Assembly (NCBI GenBank): GCA_041615815.1
Contig: JBFJCP010000001.1
Span: 32,001-96,000, forward strand
DNA from: Gemmatimonadales bacterium
GTDB taxonomy: Bacteria; Gemmatimonadota; Gemmatimonadetes; Gemmatimonadales; GWC2-71-9
Reading direction: 5' to 3'
DNA length: 64,000 nt
This document shows, piece after piece, positions 1 to 10,750 of this stretch. Position 1 is the stretch's first letter; each line of letters begins with the position of its first letter. The notes under the pieces were generated by a model. That model ran no database searches. It was not told the origin of the DNA and was given only the letters and a program-made list of their open reading frames with translations. The translations under genes were made by a program, and so were the position numbers.

Positions 1-1
1 C

Positions 2-532
2 CGGGAGACGGCACAAACGCATGTGGTGCTCGGGACCGACACCTTCGCGTTTCCCGACGCTCGCCGAGAAACGCTGATGCTGCTCAACAATGTTTTGGGT
101 GGAGGGATGTCGAGTCGGCTGTTCCAGCGTATTCGAGAAGAGCTGGGTTTGGCGTATGCGGTCTATAGCTTCCATTCGTTCTATCGCGCCGCGGGCGTGA
201 CGGGGGTCTACGTGGGCTCCCACCCGACCACAGCGGCGCAGGCGGTGGAGGCCATTCTCGAGGAGCTGCGTCGCCTGGCAGCCACAGGGCTTACCGAAGA
301 GGAACTGGCGGAGGCCAAACAACAGCTCAAGGGCCAGATCACGTTGTCCCTGGAGAGTCCGGCTGCGCGCATGTATCGTCTGGCGGCCGTACCCTTGTAC
401 GAGATACCCTACCGGACCATCGACCGGCTGCTGGAGGACGTGGACAAGATACAGCGCGACGATGTTGCCGGGGTGGCCGAGGAGTTTTTGGATCCCGACC
501 GTCAGACGGTTGTCTGGCTCGGTCCCAACTGA
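2..532 (+). CDS. M16 family (pitrilysin-like) peptidase, C-terminal part, 5'-truncated
   Basis: Frame is open from the window start; LNNVLGGGMSSRLFQRIREELGLAY motif typical of M16 C-terminal domains. Confidence 0.9.
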   Translation, partial: RETAQTHVVLGTDTFAFPDARRETLMLLNNVLGGGMSSRLFQRIREELGLAYAVYSFHSFYRAAGVTGVYVGSHPTTAAQAVEAILEELRRLAATGLTEEELAEAKQQLKGQITLSLESPAARMYRLAAVPLYEIPYRTIDRLLEDVDKIQRDDVAGVAEEFLDPDRQTVVWLGPN

Positions 533-559
533 GTTTTTGATCTCAACCAAGAACGCCAC

Positions 560-1672
560 ATGAAGATTGGTGTCCCGCAGGAGATCAAGACTGCCGAAAA
601 CCGGGTGGCATTAGTCCCCGGCGGGGCGGAAGCGCTCGTAGCCGACGGACATGCCGTTCTGGTGCAGGAAGGTGCCGGAGACGGGAGCGGCTTTTCCGAC
701 GCCGACTACGCCGCGGTGGGAGCGGAGATCGTCCCCGCGGCGGAGCAGGTGTGGGCCGAGGCCGAGATGATTCTCAAGGTCAAGGAGCCCATCGAGCCCG
801 AATGGTCCTGCATGCGTCCGGGGCAGGTGGTGTTCACGTACTTCCATTTTGCCGCCAGCGAGGCGCTGACGCGGGCCGTGATGGAGTCGCACTGTGTCGC
901 CATCGCGTACGAGACCGTGCAATTGGAATCCGGTGAGCTGCCGCTCCTCACGCCCATGAGCGAGGTGGCCGGCCGGATGGCGGTGCAAGAAGGAGCCAAG
1001 TATTTGGAGAAGTTTCACGGTGGACGCGGGGTCCTCTTGGGTGGGGTTCCGGGAGTGCTGCCCGCCGAGGTCGTGATTCTAGGTGGCGGTGTGGTGGGGA
1101 CGAATGCCGCGAAGATGGCGGCGGGCCTCGGTGCCCACGTCACGGTCTTGGACGTCAACCTCGATCGGCTGCGCTACCTCGCCGACGTGATGCCCGCGAA
1201 CGTGGATCTCCTCTACTCCAGCCGCCGCTACATCGTCGAGCAGATTCAGCGGGCCGATCTCCTGATCGGGGGGGTGTTGCTACCGGGCGCCAAGGCCCCG
1301 AAACTCGTGCTCCGCGAGGACCTCACCATGATGAAGCCCGGATCGGTCATCGTGGACGTCTCCGTGGATCAGGGCGGGTGCATCGAGACGATCCGTCCCA
1401 CGACCCACGACCAGCCGACGTATCTGGTCGATGGCGTGGTGCATTATGCCGTGGCCAATATGCCGGGTGGCGTTCCGCGAACCTCCACGCTCGCGCTCAC
1501 CAATGCCACGTTGCCATACGCCAGGCGGCTGGCGCGAGATGGCTGGCGCGCGGCCTGCGCGCGGGACCGGGCCCTCTACCTGGGCCTCAACGTTATCGAA
1601 GGGAGCGTAGTGTACCCCGGGGTGGCAGAGGCGTTCGATCTCGAGCTGGCCGACGCGGGCGTGCTCGTGTGA
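560..1672 (+). CDS. ald: Alanine dehydrogenase
   Basis: [18 protein letters not shown] start, [19 protein letters not shown] Rossmann fold, HYAVANMPG. Confidence 0.96.
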   Translation: MKIGVPQEIKTAENRVALVPGGAEALVADGHAVLVQEGAGDGSGFSDADYAAVGAEIVPAAEQVWAEAEMILKVKEPIEPEWSCMRPGQVVFTYFHFAASEALTRAVMESHCVAIAYETVQLESGELPLLTPMSEVAGRMAVQEGAKYLEKFHGGRGVLLGGVPGVLPAEVVILGGGVVGTNAAKMAAGLGAHVTVLDVNLDRLRYLADVMPANVDLLYSSRRYIVEQIQRADLLIGGVLLPGAKAPKLVLREDLTMMKPGSVIVDVSVDQGGCIETIRPTTHDQPTYLVDGVVHYAVANMPGGVPRTSTLALTNATLPYARRLARDGWRAACARDRALYLGLNVIEGSVVYPGVAEAFDLELADAGVLV

Positions 1673-1703
1673 CGGGGGTTACCGAAGTGTCTAACCCGAT
1701 ACC

Positions 1704-1733
1704 TTGTGGTAATTTCGGCCCATCTGTTATGTT
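1704..1733 (+). promoter_or_regulatory. Putative sigma70 promoter of the mre operon
   Basis: TTGTGG-N18-TATGTT with an extended -10 TG, in the intergenic region. Confidence 0.45.
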
Positions 1734-1802
1734 GCGTGCTCTTGGCCGTCCCGGGCTCCGAGCGCCCGAGCCCACCCATCGTCTACCACGATAGCTGACC
1801 GG

Positions 1803-2840
1803 ATGCGGTGGCCCAAATTTAGCCTCGGCAGTTTTCTGCCTGCGAACGAGATCGCCGTCGATCTGGGGACGTCGAATACCCTCATCTACGTCCGCGGCGA
1901 GGGAATCGTCCTGAACGAGCCCTCGGTGGTGGCCGTGGAGAAGTCGAGCGGCAAGATCAAGGGTATCGGTCTCGAGGCCAAGCGGATGCTCGGACGGACC
2001 CCGGACGGCGTGGTGGCGGTCCGCCCCCTCAAAGACGGGGTGATCGCCGATTTCGATGTCACCGAGAAGATGCTTCGGTATTTTCTCTCGTCCATCATTC
2101 AAAAGCACGTGCTGCGCGTGAAACCCCGCGTGATCGTGTGCGTTCCGAGCGGGATCACAGAAGTCGAACGTCGCGCGGTCCGTGACAGCGCGCATTCGGC
2201 CGGCGCCAAAGAGGTATATATGGTGGACGAGCCGATGGCCGCCGCCATCGGGGTCGGGCTCCCCGTGGAAACGCCCACAGGCAACATGGTAATCGACATC
2301 GGCGGCGGGACCACGGAGATTGCCGTGATCGCCTTGTCCGGAATCGTGAGCAACACCTCCATCCGGACCGGTGGCGACGAGCTGGACCAGGCCATCGTGC
2401 AGTTCATGCGGAAGAACTACAACCTGCTGATTGGCGAGCCGACGGCCGAGGCCATCAAGATTCAGGTCGGCAGCGCCGTCCCTATCGGGGATGAGGGCGA
2501 AATGGAGGCCAAAGGACGCGACCTCGTATCGGGGATTCCCAAGGTGGTGAGCGTGCACGCCAGCGAGATCCGCGAGGCCATCCAGGAGCCGATTCAGCAA
2601 ATCGTCGATGCGGTCCGTCGCGCCCTCGAGATCACGCCGCCCGAGCTGGCAAGCGACATCGTCGACCGAGGCATCGTCATGGCCGGTGGGGGGTCGTTGA
2701 TTCGTGGCCTCGACGTCGCGCTGTCACAAGAGACGTCCCTGCCGATCCGCGTGGACGAAGATCCCCTCACCTGCGTCGTCCGCGGTACGGGACGCATCCT
2801 GGAGGATCCCGAGAAGTATCGCTCGGTCCTCGCTACCTGA
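1803..2840 (+). CDS. mreB: Rod shape-determining protein MreB
   Basis: IAVDLGTSNT, EPSVVA, RPLKDGVIADF, DIGGGTTE, TPPELASDI. Confidence 0.98.
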   Translation: MRWPKFSLGSFLPANEIAVDLGTSNTLIYVRGEGIVLNEPSVVAVEKSSGKIKGIGLEAKRMLGRTPDGVVAVRPLKDGVIADFDVTEKMLRYFLSSIIQKHVLRVKPRVIVCVPSGITEVERRAVRDSAHSAGAKEVYMVDEPMAAAIGVGLPVETPTGNMVIDIGGGTTEIAVIALSGIVSNTSIRTGGDELDQAIVQFMRKNYNLLIGEPTAEAIKIQVGSAVPIGDEGEMEAKGRDLVSGIPKVVSVHASEIREAIQEPIQQIVDAVRRALEITPPELASDIVDRGIVMAGGGSLIRGLDVALSQETSLPIRVDEDPLTCVVRGTGRILEDPEKYRSVLAT

Positions 2841-2846
2841 GGTCTC

Positions 2847-3695
2847 GTGGGCAGTACCTCGAACCGTTTCACTTCTCGACGCGATACGGTCGCGTTTGCA
2901 GTCTGTCTCCTGCTCGCCGTGGCGGCGCGGACCGCCCCGCCCAACGTGCAGCAGCCGCTGGCGTCGCTCATCCGCGGAACCGTTCTGGCGCCGCTCCTCG
3001 CCCTCCAACAGCAGGCGGAGCTGTTTCGCAACGCGAGGGTACGCTACGGGGCACTCGCCGCGCAACGCGACTCGGCCCTCGTCGCGGCGCAGTCGGTCCT
3101 CACCCTCCAGGAGGAGAACCAACGCCTCCGCGAGGTCCTCACGCTCAGCAGACGGCTGACCATCGAGCACGTGGCGGCGGAGGTCCTGCATCAGGCGACG
3201 CCCACCGATGGCTATACCTTCGTGTTGAGTGCCGGGGAAACGGATGGCGTGACGGCGATGGCGCCGGTCATCGCCCCGGGGGGGCTGGTGGGAATCGTGC
3301 GAAGTGTGGAGCGGAACACAGCGGTGGCCGCCGTCTGGACACATCCTGAATTCAGGGTGAGCGCGATGACGCTGGACGCTTCGGTATTCGGCATCGTTGC
3401 CCCGAGGGGCAGCGATGGTCCGGACCAAATGCTGTTGGAACTCCGGGGTGTACCCTATGGTGACGAGGTGGGACCCGGGACACCGATCTTCACGTCGGGG
3501 CTAGGAGGCAGCGGCGCACTGTATCCCCGTGGCATTCCCATCGGCGTCGTGCTCGGGGTGGCGGAGGAGCGTGAGGGCTGGTCGCGGACGTATTTCGTGC
3601 GGCCGGGGGTGCATCCTGCCGCGGTCTCTCACGTGGTGGTGCTGATCGAGCGGGGCATGGAGTTGGGATCCGCATTCGAGAGAGGGACCCCATGA
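2847..3695 (+). CDS. mreC: Rod shape-determining protein MreC
   Basis: N-terminal TM, coiled coil (LQEENQRLRE), GLVG, FTSGLGG..YPRGIPIG; position after mreB. Confidence 0.93.
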   Translation: MGSTSNRFTSRRDTVAFAVCLLLAVAARTAPPNVQQPLASLIRGTVLAPLLALQQQAELFRNARVRYGALAAQRDSALVAAQSVLTLQEENQRLREVLTLSRRLTIEHVAAEVLHQATPTDGYTFVLSAGETDGVTAMAPVIAPGGLVGIVRSVERNTAVAAVWTHPEFRVSAMTLDASVFGIVAPRGSDGPDQMLLELRGVPYGDEVGPGTPIFTSGLGGSGALYPRGIPIGVVLGVAEEREGWSRTYFVRPGVHPAAVSHVVVLIERGMELGSAFERGTP

Positions 3696-4189
3696 CGGGT
3701 CGGCGGGAGCCGTACCGGACAGCGGTGGTGATCAGCCTGTTGGTGCTGCTGCATTTCGTCTTGCGACCCTTCCTGGGCGACGCACGCCTGGCGCCCGACA
3801 TGTTGCTGCTGGCGCTGCTCGTGTACGCCATCGGGGCACGCCCGGGCGCGGCCGCCATTGCCGGCTTCGTCACCGGGCTCTTGGTGGACTCGCTCACCCC
3901 GGTGGCATTCGGAGCGAACGCCTTCGCGCATCTGGCAGTCGGCTACCTCGCGGCGTGGGGCAAAGCGGTGTTCTTCGCAGAAAACCTCGCGGTCAATGCC
4001 GGGTTCTTCTTCGTGGGGACCTGGGTGCGCGATCTGCTCGTCGTCGTGGCGGGGCAGCACGTGGATGGGAGTGCCGTCTTCTGGCAGCTCGCGGTCTGGT
4101 CCGTGCTCAAGGCGATCACCACGGCGGCCCTTGGCGTGGCGGTGTTGGCCACCTTCCGCCGGTGGTTGGCCGTCCGAGTCGTCGAATGA
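3692..4189 (+). CDS. mreD: Rod shape-determining protein MreD
   Basis: Hydrophobic 165 aa protein, PDMLL and GFVTGLLVD motifs, ATGA-coupled to mreC and mrdA. Confidence 0.9.
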   Translation: MTGRREPYRTAVVISLLVLLHFVLRPFLGDARLAPDMLLLALLVYAIGARPGAAAIAGFVTGLLVDSLTPVAFGANAFAHLAVGYLAAWGKAVFFAENLAVNAGFFFVGTWVRDLLVVVAGQHVDGSAVFWQLAVWSVLKAITTAALGVAVLATFRRWLAVRVVE

Positions 4190-6048
4190 ACTGGCACCAT
4201 CCCCACGCCGTGACTCGTCGAGGCGAACTTGGCCGCCTCCTCGTGGTCGTCGTCTTCGGATTCCTGATCTTGGCATTCTTCCGCGTCCAGGTGCTGAGCT
4301 CTTCCCGATATCGGCTGCAATCGGAGGAGAATCGGCTTCGGCCGGTCCGGATCCCCGCGCCTCGCGGTCAGATCACGGATCGGCACGGCACGGTGCTCGC
4401 GGAAAACGTCCCCGGGTACACCGTGGCGCTCATCGCCTCGTCCGGGGACTCCCTGCGCGCTACGCTCGGCCGGATCGCCGGGATTGCACGACTCGATTCC
4501 GCCCAAATCGCCCGGACGCTCGCGCGGTACCAGCGCCGCCCCTTCGATCCGGTGACGGTGTTGTCGGATGCCGAGTTCGAGATCGTCTCCACGCTCGAAG
4601 AGCGACGCGCGTGGATTCCCGGCCTCGTGATCCAAAGTGAGCCGAAGCGTCGGTACCCGTTCGGGGAGATCGCGGCGCATGTGGTGGGCTACGTGGGGGA
4701 GATCAGTGAGAGCGAGCTGAACAGCGACGCGTTCCGCGGTGCGCGCGCCGGAATGATCGTGGGACAGGACGGGCTCGAGCGAGCCTACGACAGCCTGATC
4801 CGAGGCGAGGAGGGGGTCCGGTTCGTCGAAGTGGACGCGTTGGGGCGAACCGTCCGAGAAGCCGGTGATGAGACGCGGTTGGAGGCGCAGCCGGGCAACA
4901 CAGTGCGCACGACGATCGATATCGGGCTCCAGCAGCATGTGGCCGAGGCGTTCCCGTTGGGCCGTCGCGGAGGCGTGGCCGTGATGGATCCACGCACGGG
5001 CGAGATGCTGGCCCTGTATTCTTCACCCACGTACGATCCCAATGGGTTCGTGGGAGGGCTGGATCCTGCCATTTGGCAGGTGTTGTCGCAGGCCGAAGAT
5101 TCGCCGCTGTTGAACCGCGTCGTGCAAGCACGCTATCCGCCGGCGTCGCCCTGGAAGCTGGTTGTCGCGTCGATGGCGATGAAGCGGGGACTCGTGGGAT
5201 TGGGAAGCCAGATGCCGATCCCGTGCACCGGCGGCATGCGGTACTACAACCGGTATTTCCGATGCTGGAGGGTACAGGGACACGGGGTGCTCAATCTCGC
5301 CGAAGCCATCCAGCACTCGTGCGACGTCTACTTCTACCAACTTGGCCTCCGGCTCCAACTGGCCAATATGCTGCATGACGTTGGAGAACTCGGTTTCCGT
5401 GATGTCAGTGGCATCGATCTGCCCAATGAGATTCAGCCCATCTTCCCGCCGTCCACCGAGTACTACAATCGGCGCTATGGACCACGAGGTTGGACGAATG
5501 CGGTCACGCTGAACCTGGCCATCGGACAAGGCGAGAACGCGCAGACGCTGATCGGCATGACGCGCTTCTACGCCATGATGGCGAATCCGGACGGGACCGC
5601 ACCCGAACCGTGGTTCGTGGAACCAGCGGACGTTCGGAATCGGCGGCGGGTCGGTCTTGATCCCGACGCGCTCGGCGGCCTGAGGGAGGCGCTGGTGGCG
5701 GTGGTTGCGCGGGGAACCGCAGCCGGGGCCCGAGTGGAAAACCTGCGGATCGCGGGAAAGACGGGCACGGCGCAGAATCCACACGGTCCCGACCACGGAT
5801 GGTTCATCGGATTCGCACCCGCGGAGGATCCGCAGGTGGTCGTTGGGGCGATAGTCGAGTTTGCGGAGCACGGCTCGGCCGTGGCTCCTCTGGTCACCCA
5901 GATCATCACCCGCCACCTCTACGGCGCACGTGGGGCGAGCCCGCGTGCGCTCGATGTGGATCTCGACGTACCCGCGGATTCGGCTCCCCAACCCCTCCCC
6001 ATCCTTCCCGATCCCACGACGCGCCGTGACCCGACGCGGCCTCGATAA
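4186..6048 (+). CDS. mrdA: Penicillin-binding protein 2
   Basis: Start taken at ATG 4186 (overlaps mreD stop); PAPRGQITDR, SPWK (SxxK), SCD, KTGTAQ. Confidence 0.95.
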   Translation: MNWHHPHAVTRRGELGRLLVVVVFGFLILAFFRVQVLSSSRYRLQSEENRLRPVRIPAPRGQITDRHGTVLAENVPGYTVALIASSGDSLRATLGRIAGIARLDSAQIARTLARYQRRPFDPVTVLSDAEFEIVSTLEERRAWIPGLVIQSEPKRRYPFGEIAAHVVGYVGEISESELNSDAFRGARAGMIVGQDGLERAYDSLIRGEEGVRFVEVDALGRTVREAGDETRLEAQPGNTVRTTIDIGLQQHVAEAFPLGRRGGVAVMDPRTGEMLALYSSPTYDPNGFVGGLDPAIWQVLSQAEDSPLLNRVVQARYPPASPWKLVVASMAMKRGLVGLGSQMPIPCTGGMRYYNRYFRCWRVQGHGVLNLAEAIQHSCDVYFYQLGLRLQLANMLHDVGELGFRDVSGIDLPNEIQPIFPPSTEYYNRRYGPRGWTNAVTLNLAIGQGENAQTLIGMTRFYAMMANPDGTAPEPWFVEPADVRNRRRVGLDPDALGGLREALVAVVARGTAAGARVENLRIAGKTGTAQNPHGPDHGWFIGFAPAEDPQVVVGAIVEFAEHGSAVAPLVTQIITRHLYGARGASPRALDVDLDVPADSAPQPLPILPDPTTRRDPTRPR

Positions 6049-7267
6049 ACCGCTGCTGGCCGCAACGGCGGGGCTGTTGGTGATCGGCCTAGCCACCCTC
6101 TACTCCGCCGGCCAGACCGACGCTCCCTCTGCCGCCGCGGAAATCTGGCGGAGCCAGGTCGTGTGGCTGTTGCTGGGCACGGGTGCCGCGATCCTGGCGT
6201 TCCGGGTATCCCCGAGAATCTTGGAATGGGTCACACCCTTCGTTTACGGATTCGCGCTCCTGTTGTTGGTGCTCACGTTGATCGTCGGCACCGGAGCCGG
6301 CACGGCGGCAGGCGCCAAATCGTGGCTCGCCATTGGCGGGGTCCGCATTGGACAGCCCGTCGAGCTCGCCAAGGTGGCCACCATCCTGTTCCTCGCCCGG
6401 CATCTTGGGGCGCGGCGCACCGCGCCCAACACGTTGTGGGAGCTGATGCCCGCCTGTGTCATCGTGGGCGTGCCTTTTGTCCTGGTGGGTCTGCAGCCCG
6501 ATTTGGGCAGCGCCATGGTCTTCCTCGGCGTGCTCTTCGCCATGCTGTTCTGGGTTGGCGTGCCGGCGTGGTTGTTGCTGCTGCTCGCCTCGCCCGTTAT
6601 CAGCCTGCTGCTGGCGTTTTCCACCGCAGCGTGGGGTGTCTGGATCGTCGCGTTGACCATCTTGCTCTTATGGATGCGACCGTATGTGGTGGAAGGATTG
6701 GTGGTGTGGCTCACGAACGTCACCATGGGCGTGATTGCCCTGGAGCTCTGGCGTAACCTCGCACCGTATCAGCAGAACCGGCTGCTCTCCTTTTTGAATC
6801 CCGAAATCGATCCCCGCGCTACCGGGTGGCACATCCTTCAGTCCAAGATCGCCATCGGGTCGGGAGGGTTGGCGGGGAAAGGATTCATCGAAGGGACGCA
6901 AAAGCGGTTGGCGTTCCTCCCGGCCCAGCACACCGATTTCATCTACTCGGTCCTGGGGGAGGAACTCGGGTTCCTGGGCGTGCTGGTGAGTCTGAGTCTG
7001 TTCGCGATGTTTCTGTTGGTGTTGGTGCGGATCGCGCGCCGCGCCACAGACCCGTTCTCTTCGATGGTCGTCTTTGGTATCGTGGGGCTTTTCCTCACCC
7101 ACATTGTGGTGAACGTCGGCATGACGGTCGGACTCATGCCCATCACGGGCATTCCGCTACCGTTCTTTTCGTACGGGGGATCCTTTCTCGTCACCTCCTG
7201 CGTCTGCATCGGGCTGGCCCTGCGGGTCGCCTGGGATTCCAGGCTTTCCGGGTATGCTGAGGCGTGA
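6026..7267 (+). CDS. rodA: Rod shape-determining protein RodA (SEDS family)
   Basis: QPVELAK, LQPDLG, QSKIAIGSGG, HTDFI, ITGIPLPFFSYGGS; GTG 6026 start inferred. Confidence 0.95.
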   Translation: MTRRGLDKPLLAATAGLLVIGLATLYSAGQTDAPSAAAEIWRSQVVWLLLGTGAAILAFRVSPRILEWVTPFVYGFALLLLVLTLIVGTGAGTAAGAKSWLAIGGVRIGQPVELAKVATILFLARHLGARRTAPNTLWELMPACVIVGVPFVLVGLQPDLGSAMVFLGVLFAMLFWVGVPAWLLLLLASPVISLLLAFSTAAWGVWIVALTILLLWMRPYVVEGLVVWLTNVTMGVIALELWRNLAPYQQNRLLSFLNPEIDPRATGWHILQSKIAIGSGGLAGKGFIEGTQKRLAFLPAQHTDFIYSVLGEELGFLGVLVSLSLFAMFLLVLVRIARRATDPFSSMVVFGIVGLFLTHIVVNVGMTVGLMPITGIPLPFFSYGGSFLVTSCVCIGLALRVAWDSRLSGYAEA

Positions 7268-7335
7268 GTGGGGGTGGCGCGCTGCGCGGCGGCCTGCCAG
7301 ATTGGCCCCCTTGATCTGGAGGATCGGGTAGCGCG

Positions 7336-8193
7336 ATGGCATGGTTCCGCAAGGATCGACGGCGGCAGCGGACCCAGCGCGAGCGGTTGGAGATTCCCGC
7401 CGACGCGTGGGACAAGTGTGACGAGTGCGGGCACGTCGACATCACGGAAAAGTTCGAGCGGGCGCTGCACGTCTGTCCGTCGTGCGGGTTTCACCGCCGC
7501 ATCGACGGACGGCGCTATGTGGAACTGCTGACGGATCCCGGCAGCTTCGTCGAGCTGGATGCGGAGCTCCGCTCCGTGGACGCGCTCGAGTTCGAAGGCT
7601 ATGCGGATCGCTTGCTGGCGGCACGCGAAAAAGCTGGCACCGGCGAAGCCATCATCACGGGGTATGGAACCCTCACGGGACTCGAAATCAACCTCGGCGC
7701 CATGCAGTTCCCCTTCATGGGTGGCTCCATGGGGTCGGTGGTGGGGGAAAAGATCGCACGGCTTACCGACCGCTCGATCGACCGCAAGGTGCCCATGATT
7801 CTCGTTTCGGCCTCCGGCGGCGCTCGGATGCAAGAGGGTGTGCTGAGCCTCATGCAAATGGCCAAGACCTCGGCACTGATGGCGCGGCTCCGCGACGCCG
7901 GCATCCCCTACATCTCGATTCTCACCAACCCCACCACTGGTGGTGTCTCCGCGTCGTTTGCCATGCAGGGCGACGCGAACATCGCCGAGCCCGGAGCGGT
8001 CATCGGGTTCGCCGGCCCACGCGTCATCAAGCAGACGATCGGGCAGGATCTGCCGGCAGGGTTCCAGACGGCCGAATTCCTGCTGGAGCATGGCATGGTC
8101 GATGCCGTCGTTCCCCGGGGAGAGCTGGCCGAGACGACCGCGCGTCTGCTGCGCATGATGACCGGCACAGAGGCGCTGGAGGCCTCGACCTGA
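7336..8193 (+). CDS. accD: Acetyl-CoA carboxylase carboxyltransferase beta subunit
   Basis: CxxC..CxxC zinc finger, FMGGSMGSVVGEKI, SGGARMQEG, GFAGPRVI. Confidence 0.97.
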   Translation: MAWFRKDRRRQRTQRERLEIPADAWDKCDECGHVDITEKFERALHVCPSCGFHRRIDGRRYVELLTDPGSFVELDAELRSVDALEFEGYADRLLAAREKAGTGEAIITGYGTLTGLEINLGAMQFPFMGGSMGSVVGEKIARLTDRSIDRKVPMILVSASGGARMQEGVLSLMQMAKTSALMARLRDAGIPYISILTNPTTGGVSASFAMQGDANIAEPGAVIGFAGPRVIKQTIGQDLPAGFQTAEFLLEHGMVDAVVPRGELAETTARLLRMMTGTEALEAST

Positions 8194-9395
8194 ACGTCGA
8201 TTTCGCCCAGGCCGTCGCCTATCTCACCCCCCGCCTGGGCCGCGGCACCAAGTACTCTCTCGAGCCGACCCGCAAGCTCCTCGATCTGATCGGACACCCT
8301 GAACGGGACTTCCACGCGCTGCATGTTGGCGGGACGAATGGGAAGGGATCGGTCGCCACACTCATCTACTCGGCGCTGCGACAATCGGGCCGCCGGGTGG
8401 CCCTGTATACGTCTCCCCATCTCGTCGACGTCCGAGAGCGTATGCTGGTGGACGGGTGCCCGATCTCTCAGGACGCGTTCGCCGCGTGGACCATGAGGCT
8501 GCGCGACGACATCGAACGGGTGGGCGCGAGTTTCTTCGAGGCCACCACCGTGATCGCGTTCGCCGACTTTGCGGCGCGTGGGGCCGAGGTGGCGGTAGTC
8601 GAGGTTGGGCTCGGGGGGCGGCTCGATAGTACCAACGTCCTGGACCCGCTGGTGAGTGGCGTGACACAGATCCGGCGGGAGCACACCGAATATCTGGGTC
8701 ACGCGCTGGCCCAGATTGCCTCCGAGAAGGCGGGCATCGCCAAGCCCGGGCGCCCGTTCGTGGTGGGGGAGGAGAATCCGGAACTCGTGGCTGTCATGAC
8801 CGCGGTCGCCACGCGAGCCGGCGCGCTCCTGGTGCCGGTGGCGCCGGAGCGCCGCTTTCACGGTGCCCTCGGGCTCCGTGGGTCCCACCAGCGGCGCAAT
8901 GCGGCGGTGGCCGAAGCCATGCTGGAGCAGCTTCCGCCCCGCTGGCGCCCCAACCCGGAAGCCCGCGCCCGTGGGTTTGCCCGTGCCCGACTTCCCGGCC
9001 GGTTCGACAGGCGTGGTAGATGGATCTTCGACGTGGCGCACAACGCCTCGGGGATCGATGCATTGGCCCGGGGGCTCGCTGAGGAAAAGCCTGAGCGTCC
9101 GCTCAACGTCTTGGTGGGGATCCTGGCGGACAAGGAATGGAAGGGCATGCTCGACCGCCTCGCGCCGCACGTAGACGCATTATGGGCGACGCAGCCGCCC
9201 AGTGCACCGGAAGGACGCCGCTGGCACCTGGGGCAGGTGGCGGAGTATTGCGGGCCCCGTGCCGTGGTGGAGCCCGACTTCGACAAGGCGCTGGCAGGGG
9301 TACAGGCCGATGCGGCGACCGTCCTCGTCACGGGCTCGTTTCATACCGTGGGAGACGCAATGGCCCGGTTGCCCGGGTTTGCGCCGCTCGGCTAG
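8190..9395 (+). CDS. folC: Folylpolyglutamate synthase / dihydrofolate synthase
   Basis: HVGGTNGKGS, YTSPHL, EVGLGGRLDSTN, EKAGI, DVAHN; start uncertain (CTG overlapping the accD stop). Confidence 0.93.
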   Translation: MNVDFAQAVAYLTPRLGRGTKYSLEPTRKLLDLIGHPERDFHALHVGGTNGKGSVATLIYSALRQSGRRVALYTSPHLVDVRERMLVDGCPISQDAFAAWTMRLRDDIERVGASFFEATTVIAFADFAARGAEVAVVEVGLGGRLDSTNVLDPLVSGVTQIRREHTEYLGHALAQIASEKAGIAKPGRPFVVGEENPELVAVMTAVATRAGALLVPVAPERRFHGALGLRGSHQRRNAAVAEAMLEQLPPRWRPNPEARARGFARARLPGRFDRRGRWIFDVAHNASGIDALARGLAEEKPERPLNVLVGILADKEWKGMLDRLAPHVDALWATQPPSAPEGRRWHLGQVAEYCGPRAVVEPDFDKALAGVQADAATVLVTGSFHTVGDAMARLPGFAPLG

Positions 9396-9403
9396 ATTGC
9401 TCC

Positions 9404-10702
9404 ATGCCAATCCAGGGTTTGCCCGGTTTTCGCGATTTTTACCCCGAAGACTTGGCTCTCCGAGAGCACATCGAAGGCGTGTGGCGAGCCGTTGCGACCC
9501 GGTACGGCTTTCAGGAGTACGACGGCCCACCGCTGGAGCCCCTCGAGCTCTACGTACAGAAGAGCGGCGAGGAGATCGTGGGCCAGTTGTATGAATTCCG
9601 GGACAAGGGGGGGCGGGAGGTGGCGCTGCGCCCGGAGATGACTCCCACCCTGGCCCGAATGGTGGCGGCTCGGGCCGACGCCCTCAAGAAACCGATCCGT
9701 TGGTTCTCGATCCCGCAGCTCTTTCGGTACGAGCGACAGCAACGTGGCCGATTGCGGGAGCACTTGCAGTTCAACATGGATCTGCTCGGTGAGCCCGGGC
9801 CCCTCGCAGATGCGGAGATCATTGCGGCCGCGCTGGACGTGATGCGCGCGCTCGGACTGGGCCCTGAAGACGTGCGAGTGCGCGTTTCCGACCGACGGGT
9901 TGTCCGCGCGTTGCTCTGCGCCAGCGGGGTGGCGGAAGAAGGTTTGCCACATGCCTACGCGGCAATGGACAAGATTGGGCGCGCACCGCGCGAAAAATTG
10001 GTGGCCGGCCTCGTCGATGTGCTGGGCGTGAGTACCGGCTCCGAGATTCCGGAGCGCGTGCTTTCGATCGCAGAAATCCGGGGCCTCGATAACGTCACGC
10101 GGCGGTTGGCCGATGGCGGTAATCGCGCCGCAGAGGTGGAGCCCCTCGTCGAGTGCGTTGAGGCCCTACAGCGCATGACCCTCGGTGCGTTCGTGGATGT
10201 GGATCTGTCAGTGGTACGTGGACTGGCGTATTACACCGGGATCGTCTTCGAATTGTTCGATGCTCGGGGCAGCCTGCGCGCCATCTGCGGCGGTGGGCGG
10301 TATGATGGTCTCCTGGCGGCGCTCGGCGGCAAGGATCTGCCCGCCGTCGGCTTTGGAATGGGCGATGTCGTCCTCGGTGAGCTCCTTCGAGAGGCCGAAC
10401 GCCTTCCGGTGCCCGCCGCACCCGTGGATGCCTTCTTGGTCGCGATCACGAGTGACGATCTGCCCGAGGTGCTCTCCTTGGCGCATCGTCTCAGAGACCG
10501 CGGCGTGCGGGTCGAGTTCGCGTTGAAGCAGCAGTCCATCAGCAAGCAGCTGAAACTCGCCGCGGCCCGCCCGGCGCAGCGGGCCGTGATGGTGGGCCCC
10601 GACGAGCGAAAAGCCGGCCGCGCGATTGTGAGGGACCTGGAAACGGGTCACGAAGAGAAGGTCGGCTTCGACCAGCTCGTGGATGCGTACGTCTGGACCT
10701 AG
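9404..10702 (+). CDS. hisS: Histidine--tRNA ligase
   Basis: GFRDFYP, LRPEMT, FRYERQQRGRLREH, RGLAYYTG, GGGRYD; start ATG 9404. Confidence 0.97.
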   Translation: MPIQGLPGFRDFYPEDLALREHIEGVWRAVATRYGFQEYDGPPLEPLELYVQKSGEEIVGQLYEFRDKGGREVALRPEMTPTLARMVAARADALKKPIRWFSIPQLFRYERQQRGRLREHLQFNMDLLGEPGPLADAEIIAAALDVMRALGLGPEDVRVRVSDRRVVRALLCASGVAEEGLPHAYAAMDKIGRAPREKLVAGLVDVLGVSTGSEIPERVLSIAEIRGLDNVTRRLADGGNRAAEVEPLVECVEALQRMTLGAFVDVDLSVVRGLAYYTGIVFELFDARGSLRAICGGGRYDGLLAALGGKDLPAVGFGMGDVVLGELLREAERLPVPAAPVDAFLVAITSDDLPEVLSLAHRLRDRGVRVEFALKQQSISKQLKLAAARPAQRAVMVGPDERKAGRAIVRDLETGHEEKVGFDQLVDAYVWT

Positions 10703-10750
10703 CAGGCCGCCGCTGCGTATGGCGGGGCGCGCCGCGATACAAGGAGAGGA

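Noticed and set aside
7425..8189. Long N-terminal extensions in the ORF track (folC, and likewise mrdA, hisS, the DGC, htrA, tal, folB and meaB)
   Set aside because: They overlap upstream genes in another frame and have Arg/Gly-rich non-protein-like composition; real starts were placed at the coupled junctions
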